DNA of 64,000 nt. Origin: a virus. The stretch spans positions 53,569 to 117,568 of IMG/VR virus record IMGVR_UViG_3300025600_000001. One strand, written 5' to 3'. Below are positions 41,201 through 50,900 of the stretch, piece by piece. Every line of letters begins with the position of its first letter. Position 1 is the first letter of the stretch. The notes under the pieces are model-generated. The model worked only from the letters and a program-made list of their open reading frames with translations, was not told the origin of the DNA and did no database searches. The position numbers and the translations under genes were made by a program.

Positions 41201-44200
41201 ACCAAATTCGTCAACTAACTGTCCTTTATCATTAACTATGACAGCAACAATCATTTCATCAGCTTTATAAATGCCTACATCTATAGGAAGCATATGTCTG
41301 ATTAATCCTAAAAGTCCTACTTCTTCTTCTGTTGCCTGTGTAACATCAAGTAATTTGAATGTTTTTCTTTTTTCCTCATCAAACTTGGCCCATCTATTTC
41401 CAAAACCATCAGTTCTCTTTTGATAAGGAACATCAGCATTATTAGTAATAGTACTATCTCTTACCTGTTCATTAGTTTTTTTAGAATTTAATTCATAATG
41501 CCTTTCATCAAAATTACTCTGTACATCAGTATCCATTGTACCAATGTATTCATCTTTTAATTTTTCATTATGAGAGAGAAGTTTCTCTTCTGCTTTTTGT
41601 TCTTTATAAATATCTGCTATTTCTTTAAATTTTGAATATATTGTGTCAATTGCTGTATATTCTTTTTGAACATCTTTTAATTGCTCCTCCAGATCTAACA
41701 TTTGATTAGAGAACTCTTTTAATTTTTCTTGATTAGGTACAATTTCAAAATCTTCGGTTTCTATAATTAAATCTTCAAGAGATCCTAAATCTTCTTTAAA
41801 ATTAGGTTTAAGTTTTAAAAAGTTTGGATTTGATTGTAAAAAATCAATCCATGTTTGTCCTAAAATAGCCATTGGTGTTTTAGGATATTTTTGTTGAAAT
41901 TCTTTTACAAAGTCATTTAATACTTCAAAAGTAGAATTAATCAACTTATTAATTTTTTCAATTAGTTTTGCAATACTACTAATTTGATTAGTTATTTCTT
42001 TTTGAACATTCTGAAGAAGTCCTAAATGATCTTTCAATTCATTCATTAAATCCTTACTATCAATAGGAAGTTCATCAATATTTTGAGACATATCTTCTAC
42101 ATAGGCAATTGTATTGTCTATATCATCTTTCTGTGATTCTAAATCTGAAAGTTCTTGTTCAAGTTGTTCCTTAGTTCTTGTAAGTCTAACACTAGCTTCT
42201 AAATATTTTTTAGTAAGTTTCTTAAATTGTGTAGTTTTTTTAACTCTTTGATTTATAGCATTTTCTGATTCAATATCTTCTCTTAATAATTCAAGTCCAG
42301 TATTGATATTGTGTAATTCGTTTGTTTTTCTTTCAATAAGAGATTTGATTTTCTCCTGTTTACCAGAAAGTTCATCATATAAATCACTAAGAATTTTTAA
42401 TCTATTCTCTCGCTGAAAATTACTACGTTCATCTTTTGCCTTAATAAACTCTTCTGTTGATTTTTGTTGTCCCACTGTAAGTTCTCCTTTAGCACTAATC
42501 ATAGGATGATTGTATCCTTTTTTAGTTTGAAAGAGCTTTCCACTTACTTCTCTATGTTGAATTTTTCCTTTTGCATCTTTATAGGTAAATACTAATATAC
42601 CTTCTTTAGGAGAATATTCAAGTCTACCAATTGCAGGTTTTCCATTAATTTTTATACCAAAGTGTTCATACACTGTATTCCAATTATCCTGAAAGAATTT
42701 AGCTTTCTTATTTCCTTCAACTGATTCTACTTTTCCAAGTTTATAATCAGCAAGTTCTTCTTTTGAAATATTCTTTACATTTCCATTAGAACTTTTTATT
42801 TGAATTGTTCCATCTTCATTTTCTCCAAGAATAGTTATTTTAGGTGTTCTATATACTTCATTACCATTCTTATCATATTCAACTACTTTCCCTAAATAAT
42901 ATTCTGTTCCAATTTCAAATTCATTATTAATATTTTTAGTCTTAATCTTTACAGTTGATTTAGGAATAGGTTGACCATTTTCATCTACTATAGGAGTTAT
43001 TTCTACAACATCCTGAAATTTCTTAGGAGATTTCTTCATTTCTGAATACTCTTTCAGAAATTGAGTTTTATAAAGATTCATTCTTACTACATCACCAAGA
43101 GCTATTTTAAGAGATACTTTTTCCTCATCAATAATTTTCATTGCATCAATCTGAGCAACTGCAGCAATATAACTAGTATCGATATCATTATTGACATCAT
43201 CAACTATCTGATTTACATCAATACCTTTAAGTATAACCTCAGGAGTTAACCTAGCAATACGATCATCATAGTCTGTTACCTTAGAAGAAGCGTATACTAA
43301 TTTATCCATTAATGTAGGAGTATATATAGGAGTATTGGAATTGTCTACCTGAGAACCATATCTTAAATGTAAAGACTGATACATAGTCTTTACATTCTTA
43401 GCAGTTTGTTCAAACCCAATAAGACGTTGTAAATAAGCTTCCTTAGTATCTTCAGTAAGAGCTTTTCCTTCAGATTGCAATTGAGCAAATCCTTCATCTG
43501 AACTAGCAAGATCTCTGAAGGTATCGATATCTGATTGCACAAGATCATATCTTCCATACTTAATACGAGGTGCTAAGTAATTTAAAATATAATCAGCTTC
43601 TTTATCTTTACTTGCAGAGAGTTCACCTGCTTTTAATAAAGTTTCACGATCTTGTTGTAATACTGTTCCACGAGCAATACTACCCAAGGTCTCTTTAGTA
43701 AAATCAGATATTTTAAATCTATTAAACTGTTCTATAGCTTCTCTAGTATTTGTAGATTTATTTTTAGCTTCTTTATATTTACCTCTACCTAACATTAATG
43801 CTCCTGATAATCCACCAATTAGTACTTGTTCCATACCCTCATCAGTACTAAGAGTTTTACTAACTCCTTCATAAAGACTATCAAAAAAATCAGTATCGGT
43901 ATTACTATACTTTTTATTATAATAGTCTTCAGTTCCTACTTGTATTGCATTTTGAGCACCTTCTTCGAATCCTTCAGATATAGAAAATGTATAGGGTCTG
44001 ATTTTGTTTAGAGTTGAAAGAATTCCTTTTTTTCCAACTTTCTCACTATATACTCCAGCTTTTTCAATTATCCCACCAGTTTCTTTTGCAATTGAATTAA
44101 TCATTCCTTTTTCCACTTTATAGGATGATCCAAGTATTTTAGGAAACTGAATATAGTTTGTAGCAGAAAGTAATCCTACATTTAAACTAAATGACCAATT

Positions 44201-45151
44201 TCCTACACTATCAGCTTCTTTATTAATTGATTCTAGATCTGTACCTATAGGAGCTTTACCATGATTATTATCTTTGAATTCCTGGATTTTATTATTTCTA
44301 AATTGATTTAAATTTTGATAAGCTTCAAATCCAGCTTCACCAGTTGTAGCAAGTCCTGCAACAAGAATACGTTGACCAGGATTTAGAACCTTATAAGTTG
44401 ATAAGAACTTGTCAGAAACAGATTTTACTTTACCAACAGTTTCAGCAGCCTTTTCAACACCAAGCAATGCCTCTTCTGTAGCAGCAGCAGCTTCTGCAGC
44501 TTTTCCTATAGATACCAATTTACCAAGTTGAGGAATAGTTCCTAAAGCTTTACTTATTGCACCTATTCCACCAGCGAACGTCATTCCTGCTAATGCTGCA
44601 CCAGCTGCAAATCCTAAATTTTTTACAATACCATCCCATATAAAATTACCAGAAAGTATTTTACTAGGAGAATACCAATGAGCATCTCTCTCAGCATTTG
44701 TATAATAATTTGCCCATTTGTCTTCTAAGGTTTTATTAAATTTATCTAATGACCTATTCATTTCATTGTCATAGAAAGAAGCAAGTCTTCCATCATGTAT
44801 TGATTGTCCTATTCCGTTTACTAGTCCTACAGTTGATTGAAGAAATGTGGTTCCTGTAAGAGCTAATCCTTTACCTACACCATTGACCATTTTAGAAGGC
44901 CAAGTTTGTTGTTGTCCAAACATTTCTTCATAATCTGTACCAGGTCTAGTTTCATTATATCTTTCTCCTGTATAGATAGATGACATAGGGATTTCTTCTA
45001 CTCCTAATGAATTAGTAGTAGCTAAACTATTTTTCCACATATCTGTTGCAGAAACATTTAAACTAGAATCATCAGTTGGAATATTACCAACAATAGGTGT
45101 AACAGGAAGATTAAGTGCTACAGCAGGTCTGTTAATTAAATTTTCTGGCAT
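32225..45151 (-). CDS. virion-packaged DNA-dependent RNA polymerase polyprotein (crAss-like)
   Basis: 4308 aa; RIPTQ and GSDFDVDK catalytic-loop motif (35288-35302); ETDG motif; flanked by large cargo genes. Confidence 0.9.
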   Translation of the reverse strand: MPENLINRPAVALNLPVTPIVGNIPTDDSSLNVSATDMWKNSLATTNSLGVEEIPMSSIYTGERYNETRPGTDYEEMFGQQQTWPSKMVNGVGKGLALTGTTFLQSTVGLVNGIGQSIHDGRLASFYDNEMNRSLDKFNKTLEDKWANYYTNAERDAHWYSPSKILSGNFIWDGIVKNLGFAAGAALAGMTFAGGIGAISKALGTIPQLGKLVSIGKAAEAAAATEEALLGVEKAAETVGKVKSVSDKFLSTYKVLNPGQRILVAGLATTGEAGFEAYQNLNQFRNNKIQEFKDNNHGKAPIGTDLESINKEADSVGNWSFSLNVGLLSATNYIQFPKILGSSYKVEKGMINSIAKETGGIIEKAGVYSEKVGKKGILSTLNKIRPYTFSISEGFEEGAQNAIQVGTEDYYNKKYSNTDTDFFDSLYEGVSKTLSTDEGMEQVLIGGLSGALMLGRGKYKEAKNKSTNTREAIEQFNRFKISDFTKETLGSIARGTVLQQDRETLLKAGELSASKDKEADYILNYLAPRIKYGRYDLVQSDIDTFRDLASSDEGFAQLQSEGKALTEDTKEAYLQRLIGFEQTAKNVKTMYQSLHLRYGSQVDNSNTPIYTPTLMDKLVYASSKVTDYDDRIARLTPEVILKGIDVNQIVDDVNNDIDTSYIAAVAQIDAMKIIDEEKVSLKIALGDVVRMNLYKTQFLKEYSEMKKSPKKFQDVVEITPIVDENGQPIPKSTVKIKTKNINNEFEIGTEYYLGKVVEYDKNGNEVYRTPKITILGENEDGTIQIKSSNGNVKNISKEELADYKLGKVESVEGNKKAKFFQDNWNTVYEHFGIKINGKPAIGRLEYSPKEGILVFTYKDAKGKIQHREVSGKLFQTKKGYNHPMISAKGELTVGQQKSTEEFIKAKDERSNFQRENRLKILSDLYDELSGKQEKIKSLIERKTNELHNINTGLELLREDIESENAINQRVKKTTQFKKLTKKYLEASVRLTRTKEQLEQELSDLESQKDDIDNTIAYVEDMSQNIDELPIDSKDLMNELKDHLGLLQNVQKEITNQISSIAKLIEKINKLINSTFEVLNDFVKEFQQKYPKTPMAILGQTWIDFLQSNPNFLKLKPNFKEDLGSLEDLIIETEDFEIVPNQEKLKEFSNQMLDLEEQLKDVQKEYTAIDTIYSKFKEIADIYKEQKAEEKLLSHNEKLKDEYIGTMDTDVQSNFDERHYELNSKKTNEQVRDSTITNNADVPYQKRTDGFGNRWAKFDEEKRKTFKLLDVTQATEEEVGLLGLIRHMLPIDVGIYKADEMIVAVIVNDKGQLVDEFGDPLEENTNPLEYALFQVRPLPKLDAKGHPHLTATYKDSSNHDVSETMFRDDTPEDIRRELELQYAERRKQILIQDKLGKSYDFTPSFGTVEYVTRLDENGKEIIDYSARTPVEDSGLVSPEMLGETQVIKVLTTNDNITEGSVTFKLFTGAVVLKIPGIGLAKLFNRKFSDKEANTIFDGLLQITKNAQEEGSVKKGTKSDRLFNWLRTTVYWGIAKDFTTKEPKPAGYNNIWFEDIIENGKPVSKLKISGKNTEGFTFTPTGLLNAKNDIILLIKELYNNTNATQINKPTSVKYSELIGIDGQGEPIMREWTNYQTYLLSNTNPDGSQRKTEEIPLVTQFRPIKGEDDFNRKNIYFTITSTIDDHVATPIEKVEERKTEEFVLDGVKDNTIQIGTFGSTTFKLDAKKYIASEGKEGFTPTFNGELVQVLITQKGFTEEKARDIIGASILNKLKPQLIAYAIPVEPAINDTTSNESSAFKNRKRGVKPSNPEFEARLAKTINDFEGENWTKLEEFLKTAFPNIPVYRVKNIIQATNGKQAWGIFQDGAIYIYENAEIGTGYHEVFEAVWKMFAGPKEKSLIINEFRNRQGSYQDRITGENIEYSKATEAELKEELSEEFRDFRLTGKLVERNLGKSWISKLFYDLKNFIVHFFTGKDAINNTQKLFDKIGNGYYTQFNPYESKLNYTSKGIIDIEDVFAGQHAEFSRVKEIPYVQLHDILQQMTYSTITELTLNNKSLFTVSENFKKKKTELYNRLKEEILDYIGAIGDTVEDGIANGKYSAKQATHEYNNIETLYNTVEKQWDSIAKAHQERLLSSNIKFDENDDVIINDDENSGKGDYQAANKIDSFRKAHIAIKLLFGTVAQTTNGTSWTPSTIGGVKLLAADVVNIQLLNQLYDAIDPEDMFSKFNDFALKNPSYVALYKRITKLSPSEGQKFDFTNLKGHDIQLIGAFWSAMKKQNADVISVFIQPDGEVQIADSALNSVARQSKKSLFYTLVDVIKNDKTPYFSYEGKTGKYTITKILTDYKLTDIQSYINFLKNLNIDFKFKDINHLTSNQKDVFKSAIEGIQTSFSKMKPLLNKEGKQVYDNETKKPIDYSLITLSSKTLNIEGDLLRLGTIQAIIEYPEYDSTYFNVNGEKTQTYIGTNTGSDLHDIISKVKNIDDLKDTRYKYLLTDVFTSKRVGTKIVSSSVVLQKIFNISSTGKGARRSNTDNILHTQVADGLIDEQTGKKNESSRLKYRQRLLQELNLNSDGIYLTLVPGDASMEWGTRLHNSNDPFVSEEDFLEKRYIEIFKNYFISEIELSRDNRHVVKGKSATDLRFFKDILGETLHRKVIANKESSEKVYEDNKSEINAAIKLFIEIESKDKENLLREYGLIEGSEENIIAENFLFSQDVDLTQKILNTKLQVLTTNYIIANIEFHKLIYSDPYQYSQELKRVKSFSSPAQPLIHSNKSFSETLDREYNEGFEKKDIGWTDFKQEYYRTVTLADVESANDSEGYTTPWEETDGGAIIALKANRIFGLRAGTWTDDNEQQFRYDIAYQKTVQGENLSNQERARRGLTLSEKEKAFEIKKRTNKDSSVSYIGKNPNIKSTYTPKKPIIRGNKENGRNYNDLILDKIAMVVHSFRILHELNPNSNAVRFYNKLENEQVNYAVYKSGRKVGAEVIHQLYIGEKFNDTPFETKQQIDNPTSLQGVTNVPFSIISTQSEVPSKEGHSVTTGSQMTKEATMDLIEMGVPIDIELGKEITHNQELLEAKQLHGYQTLLKKLGIEKTNKGFKITNVKKLITTLKDEVLKQEVNSNIVDALEGFEDGKVVLEATPIYKQIRNILYSIADKNVVRPKINGKQLVQISSTLLEENKIVKETLDNGKTIYTSDVLSWYIDEDGKRVCGIMASRWFDSLLSDEELLNYLNNTPEGQKILGGIAFRIPTQDKNSIDVFKIEKFLPKDFGDSVVVSSALVRKVGSDFDVDKLFVYLKNVYKDNKGNIKAVPYLGIGEQAKQKFGEMFDKGEFLSKKLYQELQAEIQAEGIAPGHQFIQSLFGELGVFTEEEITEDFMDSVIEEGEREMIIDLMYKKSLENEYIQSLERITSHPLNFAQLTRPNSAKDLKDLTKKINAKLGRKEIDYSSPGNMLKWSFMSYLRHAFVTGKQIIGIAAVGQASHSQRQRTLVYSDTSKITPEDKKWLGDGEIKFKEYNSEIINGKKVAVLSKIKSDNGKDFISNVNSAIIDGAVDVSNGTWLIELGFTPNVIATALFLLDSGVSKESVAYFLNQPIIKDYLRNIENKGYSWLFVDNIFSDMIDIYNVQEQMADETELPSEGELFDMIGKKTKDLTNKQKNQQQFILGEFTKYAKMTQQMFTVTQASNYDTANLNDSFLIFQKQEQLKKAQKTIFSSLDENNNVVPAVDNILKSSFVGPLKDLIFDIKDAFAEILIADKPNMRRVMEDVLRSYVDTSSKDFIKISQTAVSNMFDWAMQNSTRVNNKIASILLGNSSEKSAAEQIIAYRDEVLANPKHPLYNNLILRKIKQQGGDKLGKVNNLVITGRDNVYDQNLIIYGFEELKKVLKDENKDLYGKLVRLVVLQSGLTNSPIAFTSLLPYNDFVAIYNETLSSLETMSNLSNFSRLNVFERNNWNNENVTSFIRANMKPITDVSGIKVWKDANMFLDPKRKLQKAMDDGIIPKLVGLNPYEARDEFIVYSWETYISKKNRIVARKTGDRNHIHKALMKKVYNSDGSPMILSNIDKKTGIIYTKYIYKAINAWGDSYKAQELYDGLINNPLSTLGQQSVLDNGFDKYNEVEDYIITDILAGEKEITANAPINELLNTKSMADIPQNKISGIESYGSLTTANDEVKKVLGNNPHSIDMIDAGFRTRTTRSESEMAKYKIKIGDTIKNFGKSADGTTKTIYAKVTAIHPKGTIGWKGTWSKEGWRADDVKVIDRFKDGAAAIEFEVLKNAPINEIVSKLSSQEIKELLTGAPEGLPEIKRPPIKC

Positions 45152-47889
45152 TATTTTTCAATTAAATATTGTTCAACTAATCCAGGAGTTATTCCATTCT
45201 GTAAAGATATTATTACTTTCTGTAAACTTGGATCACCATCTAACTGTTCTATTGTAGATTTTGTACCATCTGTCATAAACACATAAGGATAATATTTTCC
45301 ATTAGAATATATTATATTTGCCTGAACATCATATCTATTACTTTTTGACAAATTTGGAAAGTCATTTTTACTATAATAAGAATCTCCACTTAAATATGTA
45401 GATAACTCACTAGGATCTCCTATAGATGTTCTATTATTATTACTATTTATTTTACTTCGTAATGATGATACTTCTCTATTTTCATATATATCATTAATAT
45501 TTATTCCTAATCTACTTGCTTCATCTGGTTGTATAGTCATTCCTCCTATACGTTTATTTTTTTCTCCATAGGATATAATTTCTATTTGTGGATTATTATT
45601 TGCATCCATTATAACACTCATTTCTAAATTATTTTTAGTTAGATCATCAGATAAACTACTTCTAAAATTATCAAAATCTCCTGAGAGATTCTGATTACTT
45701 GTACCATAATTTCCTGCCCAACGTTTGATATTATAAAGAATATTGTTATCAATTTTAGTATCTCCAGTAAGTACTCCTGATTTTAAATTAGGTCTAGTAC
45801 CATAAGATTCTTTTATAATATCAGCTTTTTTTGTCATAGCTTCATTGTATTCTTTATTTGCAATTACATCTTGAACTTTTTTAACTTGTGACCAATCTCT
45901 ATTACTTCCAAAACCCTCAGAGTTATATCGTAGTCCTCTATAAACATCTTTTATATTAACAGGTATACCTGATGCATTAACTTTTGATTGTTCATCTTCT
46001 ATAAAAGCTTCTACTAAATTACCTTTTCCTCGTTGAGTAAGTCTTTGCAAAGCGTTTTCAGATTCATGTTCATAAATTCTAGCTTCTTCGGGATTTACTA
46101 TAGCATTTAGTTTTGCTAATCTTCCTTTATTGTATATTGCTAGATCGAATATATCAGATTTTGTTAATTCATAAGATTTATCTAAATATGTTATTGTTTG
46201 AGGTTTAATATCCATTGTAGAAAGTTGTTTTCCTACTTCACCTAAATTCTTTGTAGTTTCTTGATCGATCCTTTTTTTAATTATTAATTCATTATCGAAT
46301 ATACGTTTTGATTTTTTATATAAATTATATGAATCATTGATTAGTGAATTCTTTTCTTTCTCTATAGGAGATAATTTATTAAACTCAACTGTTGATTTAC
46401 CTAGCCAGTTAGTTCTAAAAATTTGAGGATCTTCTTTTTGTTGAGTAGCAAGATTGTCAATAGTCGCTGATATAGCTTGCTCTCTACTTAAACCGTTAGA
46501 CATTAAAGTTTTAACTTTATTTTGATTTATTGGATCTTTATTAAATACTGTTTGCCATATCATAGCATCAGAAGAATTTGTAAAATCTGAAGCAGCTTTA
46601 TCAAAATTTGTTTCTTGTAAACGAATTACATCAATATCGCTAAACTGATTTCCTTGTTCAAAACTATTACTTCTATTACTACCTATTAATTTATCTGCAG
46701 CAATATCAGCATCTTGTTTAAGTTTTTCAGTTCTAAAACTTTGTTCATCTCGATGTTCTAATTTTCTTTGTGCAAGATCTTGTGACCATCTGGATTGGGC
46801 ATTTGCTTCTTTTTGCATATCAAACTGACTTCTCCATCCAGGATTTTCCATCACTTGTTCTTTTGTTTTTATTTGTCCAAACATTGTAGTATATCTAGAA
46901 CTAACATCGTCTGAGTATAACATACCTCTTACACCATCAGGATCAGTATATGCTGATTTAGCATACCTATCGTAATTAGCAGATACAGTTGTCATTCCAG
47001 ATTGTAAATTATCTATTTCTTTTTGTACATTTTTACCTAGACTTTTTTGAAGAATTAAATCATCCATTTTAATTTTATAATTGGAAAGTATTTGATCTTT
47101 TTGATATCCAATTTTTTCACTCAATTGTTCAGGACTTGCTCCTCTATAATTATACTGTCCTGTAATATTTAATTGTCTATTTACTCTAGGATCTGAAAAT
47201 ATCTGAGCAATTGTTTGTTGTACTTTTTCAGGCATTCTTCCTTCTTTCTCCATTCTAGTCATAGTAGGAGAATATACAAGATTTCCTCTTTTATCTGTTA
47301 TAGGTTTGCCATCAGCTCCTATTTGATAAATTTGATCAAATGTCATTCCATCAGGAAGTATTTCATCGAAAGTTTCTTTTGCAAATTTAAATATATCGAA
47401 ATGAGGAACGTAACTACCTCTAAAAGAAGATTTTATATCTGGATTATTTAACCATTCACCTGCTTGTTTATTAAAAAGATATTCATTGTCTGGTGTAAGT
47501 TTTCCTGCTTTTCGATCAGTATCCATCATAGCAGATTCTTTTCTATATTTTATTGTAGAGTATACAGCATTCTGAATATTCTCATCTTTGCCAATTTGAT
47601 TAACCATTCCTCCTACAGAATTAGTTAGTTGATAATTAGAGAAATCTCCAGCAGCAACATATTTTAAATTGTTACCTAACTCACCCATTTTAGATTGTAA
47701 ATATTGTTTATCTACATCTTTCATGACATCCATGCCAGCAACATTATCTATCTGAGTTTGGATTCTCTGAATACCTTGATCATATTTTCCCTGTTTTTCA
47801 AGACCAACTTTTGACATTTCTTCAACGATGGGAAGTTGAGAAATATACGGATTGAATTGTGTAGGACTATTTGAAGCGAATGATGCCAT
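45151..47889 (-). CDS. virion cargo/ejection protein
   Basis: 912 aa, helical; position upstream of the RNAP as in crAss-like phages. Confidence 0.65.
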   Translation of the reverse strand: MASFASNSPTQFNPYISQLPIVEEMSKVGLEKQGKYDQGIQRIQTQIDNVAGMDVMKDVDKQYLQSKMGELGNNLKYVAAGDFSNYQLTNSVGGMVNQIGKDENIQNAVYSTIKYRKESAMMDTDRKAGKLTPDNEYLFNKQAGEWLNNPDIKSSFRGSYVPHFDIFKFAKETFDEILPDGMTFDQIYQIGADGKPITDKRGNLVYSPTMTRMEKEGRMPEKVQQTIAQIFSDPRVNRQLNITGQYNYRGASPEQLSEKIGYQKDQILSNYKIKMDDLILQKSLGKNVQKEIDNLQSGMTTVSANYDRYAKSAYTDPDGVRGMLYSDDVSSRYTTMFGQIKTKEQVMENPGWRSQFDMQKEANAQSRWSQDLAQRKLEHRDEQSFRTEKLKQDADIAADKLIGSNRSNSFEQGNQFSDIDVIRLQETNFDKAASDFTNSSDAMIWQTVFNKDPINQNKVKTLMSNGLSREQAISATIDNLATQQKEDPQIFRTNWLGKSTVEFNKLSPIEKEKNSLINDSYNLYKKSKRIFDNELIIKKRIDQETTKNLGEVGKQLSTMDIKPQTITYLDKSYELTKSDIFDLAIYNKGRLAKLNAIVNPEEARIYEHESENALQRLTQRGKGNLVEAFIEDEQSKVNASGIPVNIKDVYRGLRYNSEGFGSNRDWSQVKKVQDVIANKEYNEAMTKKADIIKESYGTRPNLKSGVLTGDTKIDNNILYNIKRWAGNYGTSNQNLSGDFDNFRSSLSDDLTKNNLEMSVIMDANNNPQIEIISYGEKNKRIGGMTIQPDEASRLGININDIYENREVSSLRSKINSNNNRTSIGDPSELSTYLSGDSYYSKNDFPNLSKSNRYDVQANIIYSNGKYYPYVFMTDGTKSTIEQLDGDPSLQKVIISLQNGITPGLVEQYLIEK

Positions 47890-47923
47890 TAGATTTTATT
47901 TTAATATTAACAAAGATATGAAA

Positions 47924-50900
47924 TTAAATAGTCTTTAATGCTCTAACAATTGATCCATTTCTAGCAATTATCTTTTTACCATTTTTTGCATTATCATTTG
48001 GATCTTTAGTTCTTCTTTTAGTTCCTTGAAAGTTTCCCTGTTCATCTCTTAACATCATCCAATCACTAGGAATATCTCCCATTCCCCCACCAGTTCTTGT
48101 AGGTGTTCCTGCTGGATTAAATTGAGCAAAAGGATTCATATTAATTGGTCTTCCATTATTATCAAATCTATAGTTGTATCGTTGTTGTTCAAGATTAGAT
48201 ATTTGTTGTTCCTCTTTATATCTACTTAATTTATCTGAAATTGATTTAGAGATATTAAGAGCTTCTTCTTGTGTCTTGACTTTAGCACTAGTTTGTCTCT
48301 CGTATTGTTTATCCATGATACCAAGATTTGTAAGTTGTGCCTGATTAAGAGTATTTCGATTTTGATTATACACTTGATTCTTTTCATTCTGATTCTGTCT
48401 AAATTGTTCTCCTAACACTTGTTGATTAGCTGAATATTTCTGAGCATTCAATTGAGCAAGGAATGCAGGATTGTTTTGATACATTCTTTCTGCTGCTCTA
48501 ATATCTCCCTGATTTTTATTAAGAATATCCTGATATGATATATCGTAAGGAACATCTAACTGAGGTTGGAACTGTCTAGCCTGTACAGGTTCTTGATTAT
48601 TAAATCCCATAGCCATCATTTCAGGTGTTAAATCTGGTCTATCAAGTTGATTGTTTGGTCTTAGATAAGGAACTACAGCATTGATAGCATCCATCCATGG
48701 AACTTTATTTTGAGAAGTAGTCTGATTAGGAGTATTTGAAATATTCATCTTACCAAGTGTATGAGTATCTATAGGAGTCGATGAAAGAGATGATATTCCT
48801 CTAGGTTGTAAAAAGTTATTGGTATTTTCATCTAATGCTGTTTTATATTGTTCTGTTCGTTTTCCAAAAATACTATCAACATTGCTTGTAAGATCTGCAC
48901 TTGTTAATCCTTTTGTTTTTCCATAGTTTGTCGTAGGTTCTTTTGATAGAACTGATTTAGCTACATCTGGAGCAAGTCTATTAAATTCTGTCTGAAATTT
49001 TTCTACAGCTGGACCTTTTCCTTCTTTTTGTGCAGCATTATATAATTTAGTTAGATAATCACGATCTTCTAAAGATACACCATTTGCAGCAGTAAATTTA
49101 CCACCAAATTTAGCTTTCTTAATTTGACCTCTTGCTAAATCATCAGCAACTATCCCATGTTCATCTGCTGTATCGTTAATTGCTTGCTGAAGAGCTGCCG
49201 CACTTTTTGTTTTTTCTGCAATATCCTTTAGATGCATATTAGCACCCATTAGATTTGCTTTCCAAGAATCAAATCCTATTTTATCAAATGAGGTATTCAT
49301 TGGATGATCATTTATCTTATCTGTAGATTTATCTACAAGTGTGTTTAATTTATCTGTTTTCTTTGTAAGTTTATCTACCATACCCTTAAACTTTTGTCCA
49401 TTAAACTCACCTAATCCTACTGATTCTAAATGAGTTCTTGAAGGCTTTAAATTTCCAAACACTGTAAGAGATGGACCAGTATCCCCCCCATCTTGAAGTT
49501 TTACAGCAGGTTCTCCTCCTTCTACTTCTACACCTTGACTACCATACTTGATAGGCATACCACCATTATCGTGAGAAGGTCCTCTGAACATTACTGATTG
49601 TCCTCCTTCTGGTAGATAAGGATTAGTTGAGACAGGTTCTGCTTCTCCTTTATATACTTGAAGACCATCCATTGCAAATTCATCCTGAGGATAATTGTAA
49701 TTCTCTCTAATATTACCTCCTGTACGTAAAGAATCCATTCCTTGATGAGCAATATTGTGAAGATCCGTTACATCGATATCACCAAATTTCGTAATAAGCT
49801 GAGGATTATAATTAGGATTCATCCATCCACTAGAAGTAGTTCCTCCATCTTTTTGATATGAATTACTCCAATCTGTCTGAGCAATATCTGCAGCTTGTTG
49901 ATTTCTATTTCTCTGATCATTATATTTTGATATCTTATTATCTGTTCTATCAATAGCTCCACCAATAAAACTTCCTGCAGCTTTACCAATAGCTCCACCA
50001 AGAGGACCACCAAAGAATGTTCCTGCAGCAGCACCAATACCACCACCAATCATAGAACCTGCATCAGGACCTTGTCCACTATTTGTAAGCATTTGTGAAC
50101 CTTTTCCTAAAAGATCCATACCAGTATTACTACCCATTATATTATCAAAACTATTCTGTGTATTCATACTACCACCACCCCAAAATGTTTTCATTTGATC
50201 AGAGTCATTAAGTGGTTCAAATCCAAGATCTTGATATAAATCATTTGGAGCATAAGTATTTTGAATCTCTCCTCCATCTCTTTTTTTATTTATAATTTTA
50301 TCTGTTATAAAATTATATTTTCCTGGAAGTTCATCCAGTCTATGTTGATCGTACATTTGATTAAAATATCCTCCTTCAAAAGGACTATTAATAGTTAAAC
50401 TATCTGGCCAAACTTCGTTAATAGCTTTTGGAGATCTATATCCTCCTACAAATTGAGCAGAGTCACTAGTCATTTTGTCGTTACCCATTTGAAGATCATT
50501 AGGTGTAGGATATGAAAATAATTTTGAAGCTTTCTTTTCTTCGAATGAAGGTTTTATCGATCTTCCATTTTTACTTTGAAGAACATTTGTACCTACACCA
50601 TTTATAGGAAAGAATTCTTCTCCTGTAGTTTGTATATCTTCAGGACGGATATTCAATTGTTGATTCATTGTATTAGCATCAACATTTTTACTTCTGGCAG
50701 CTTGTAGTTGTAATGCTGAAACATCAGCTTGCGCTTTTGCATCTTTTACTTTATTTCTTTCACCTTTTATCATACTAAGTCCCTGAGCAATATCTGTTCC
50801 AGCTTGAATATAAGGCATAGCTCCAGCAACACCACTTCCACTATCACCTGCATTTCCCATAGGTAGTAACTTCTTAGTATCAAAAGCTTGTGTAGGGAGA

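Noticed and set aside
29610-47451. Many short + strand ORFs inside the RNAP and cargo genes
   Set aside because: Phe/Ile/Ser-rich antisense artefacts of Lys/Glu/Asn-rich coding sequence
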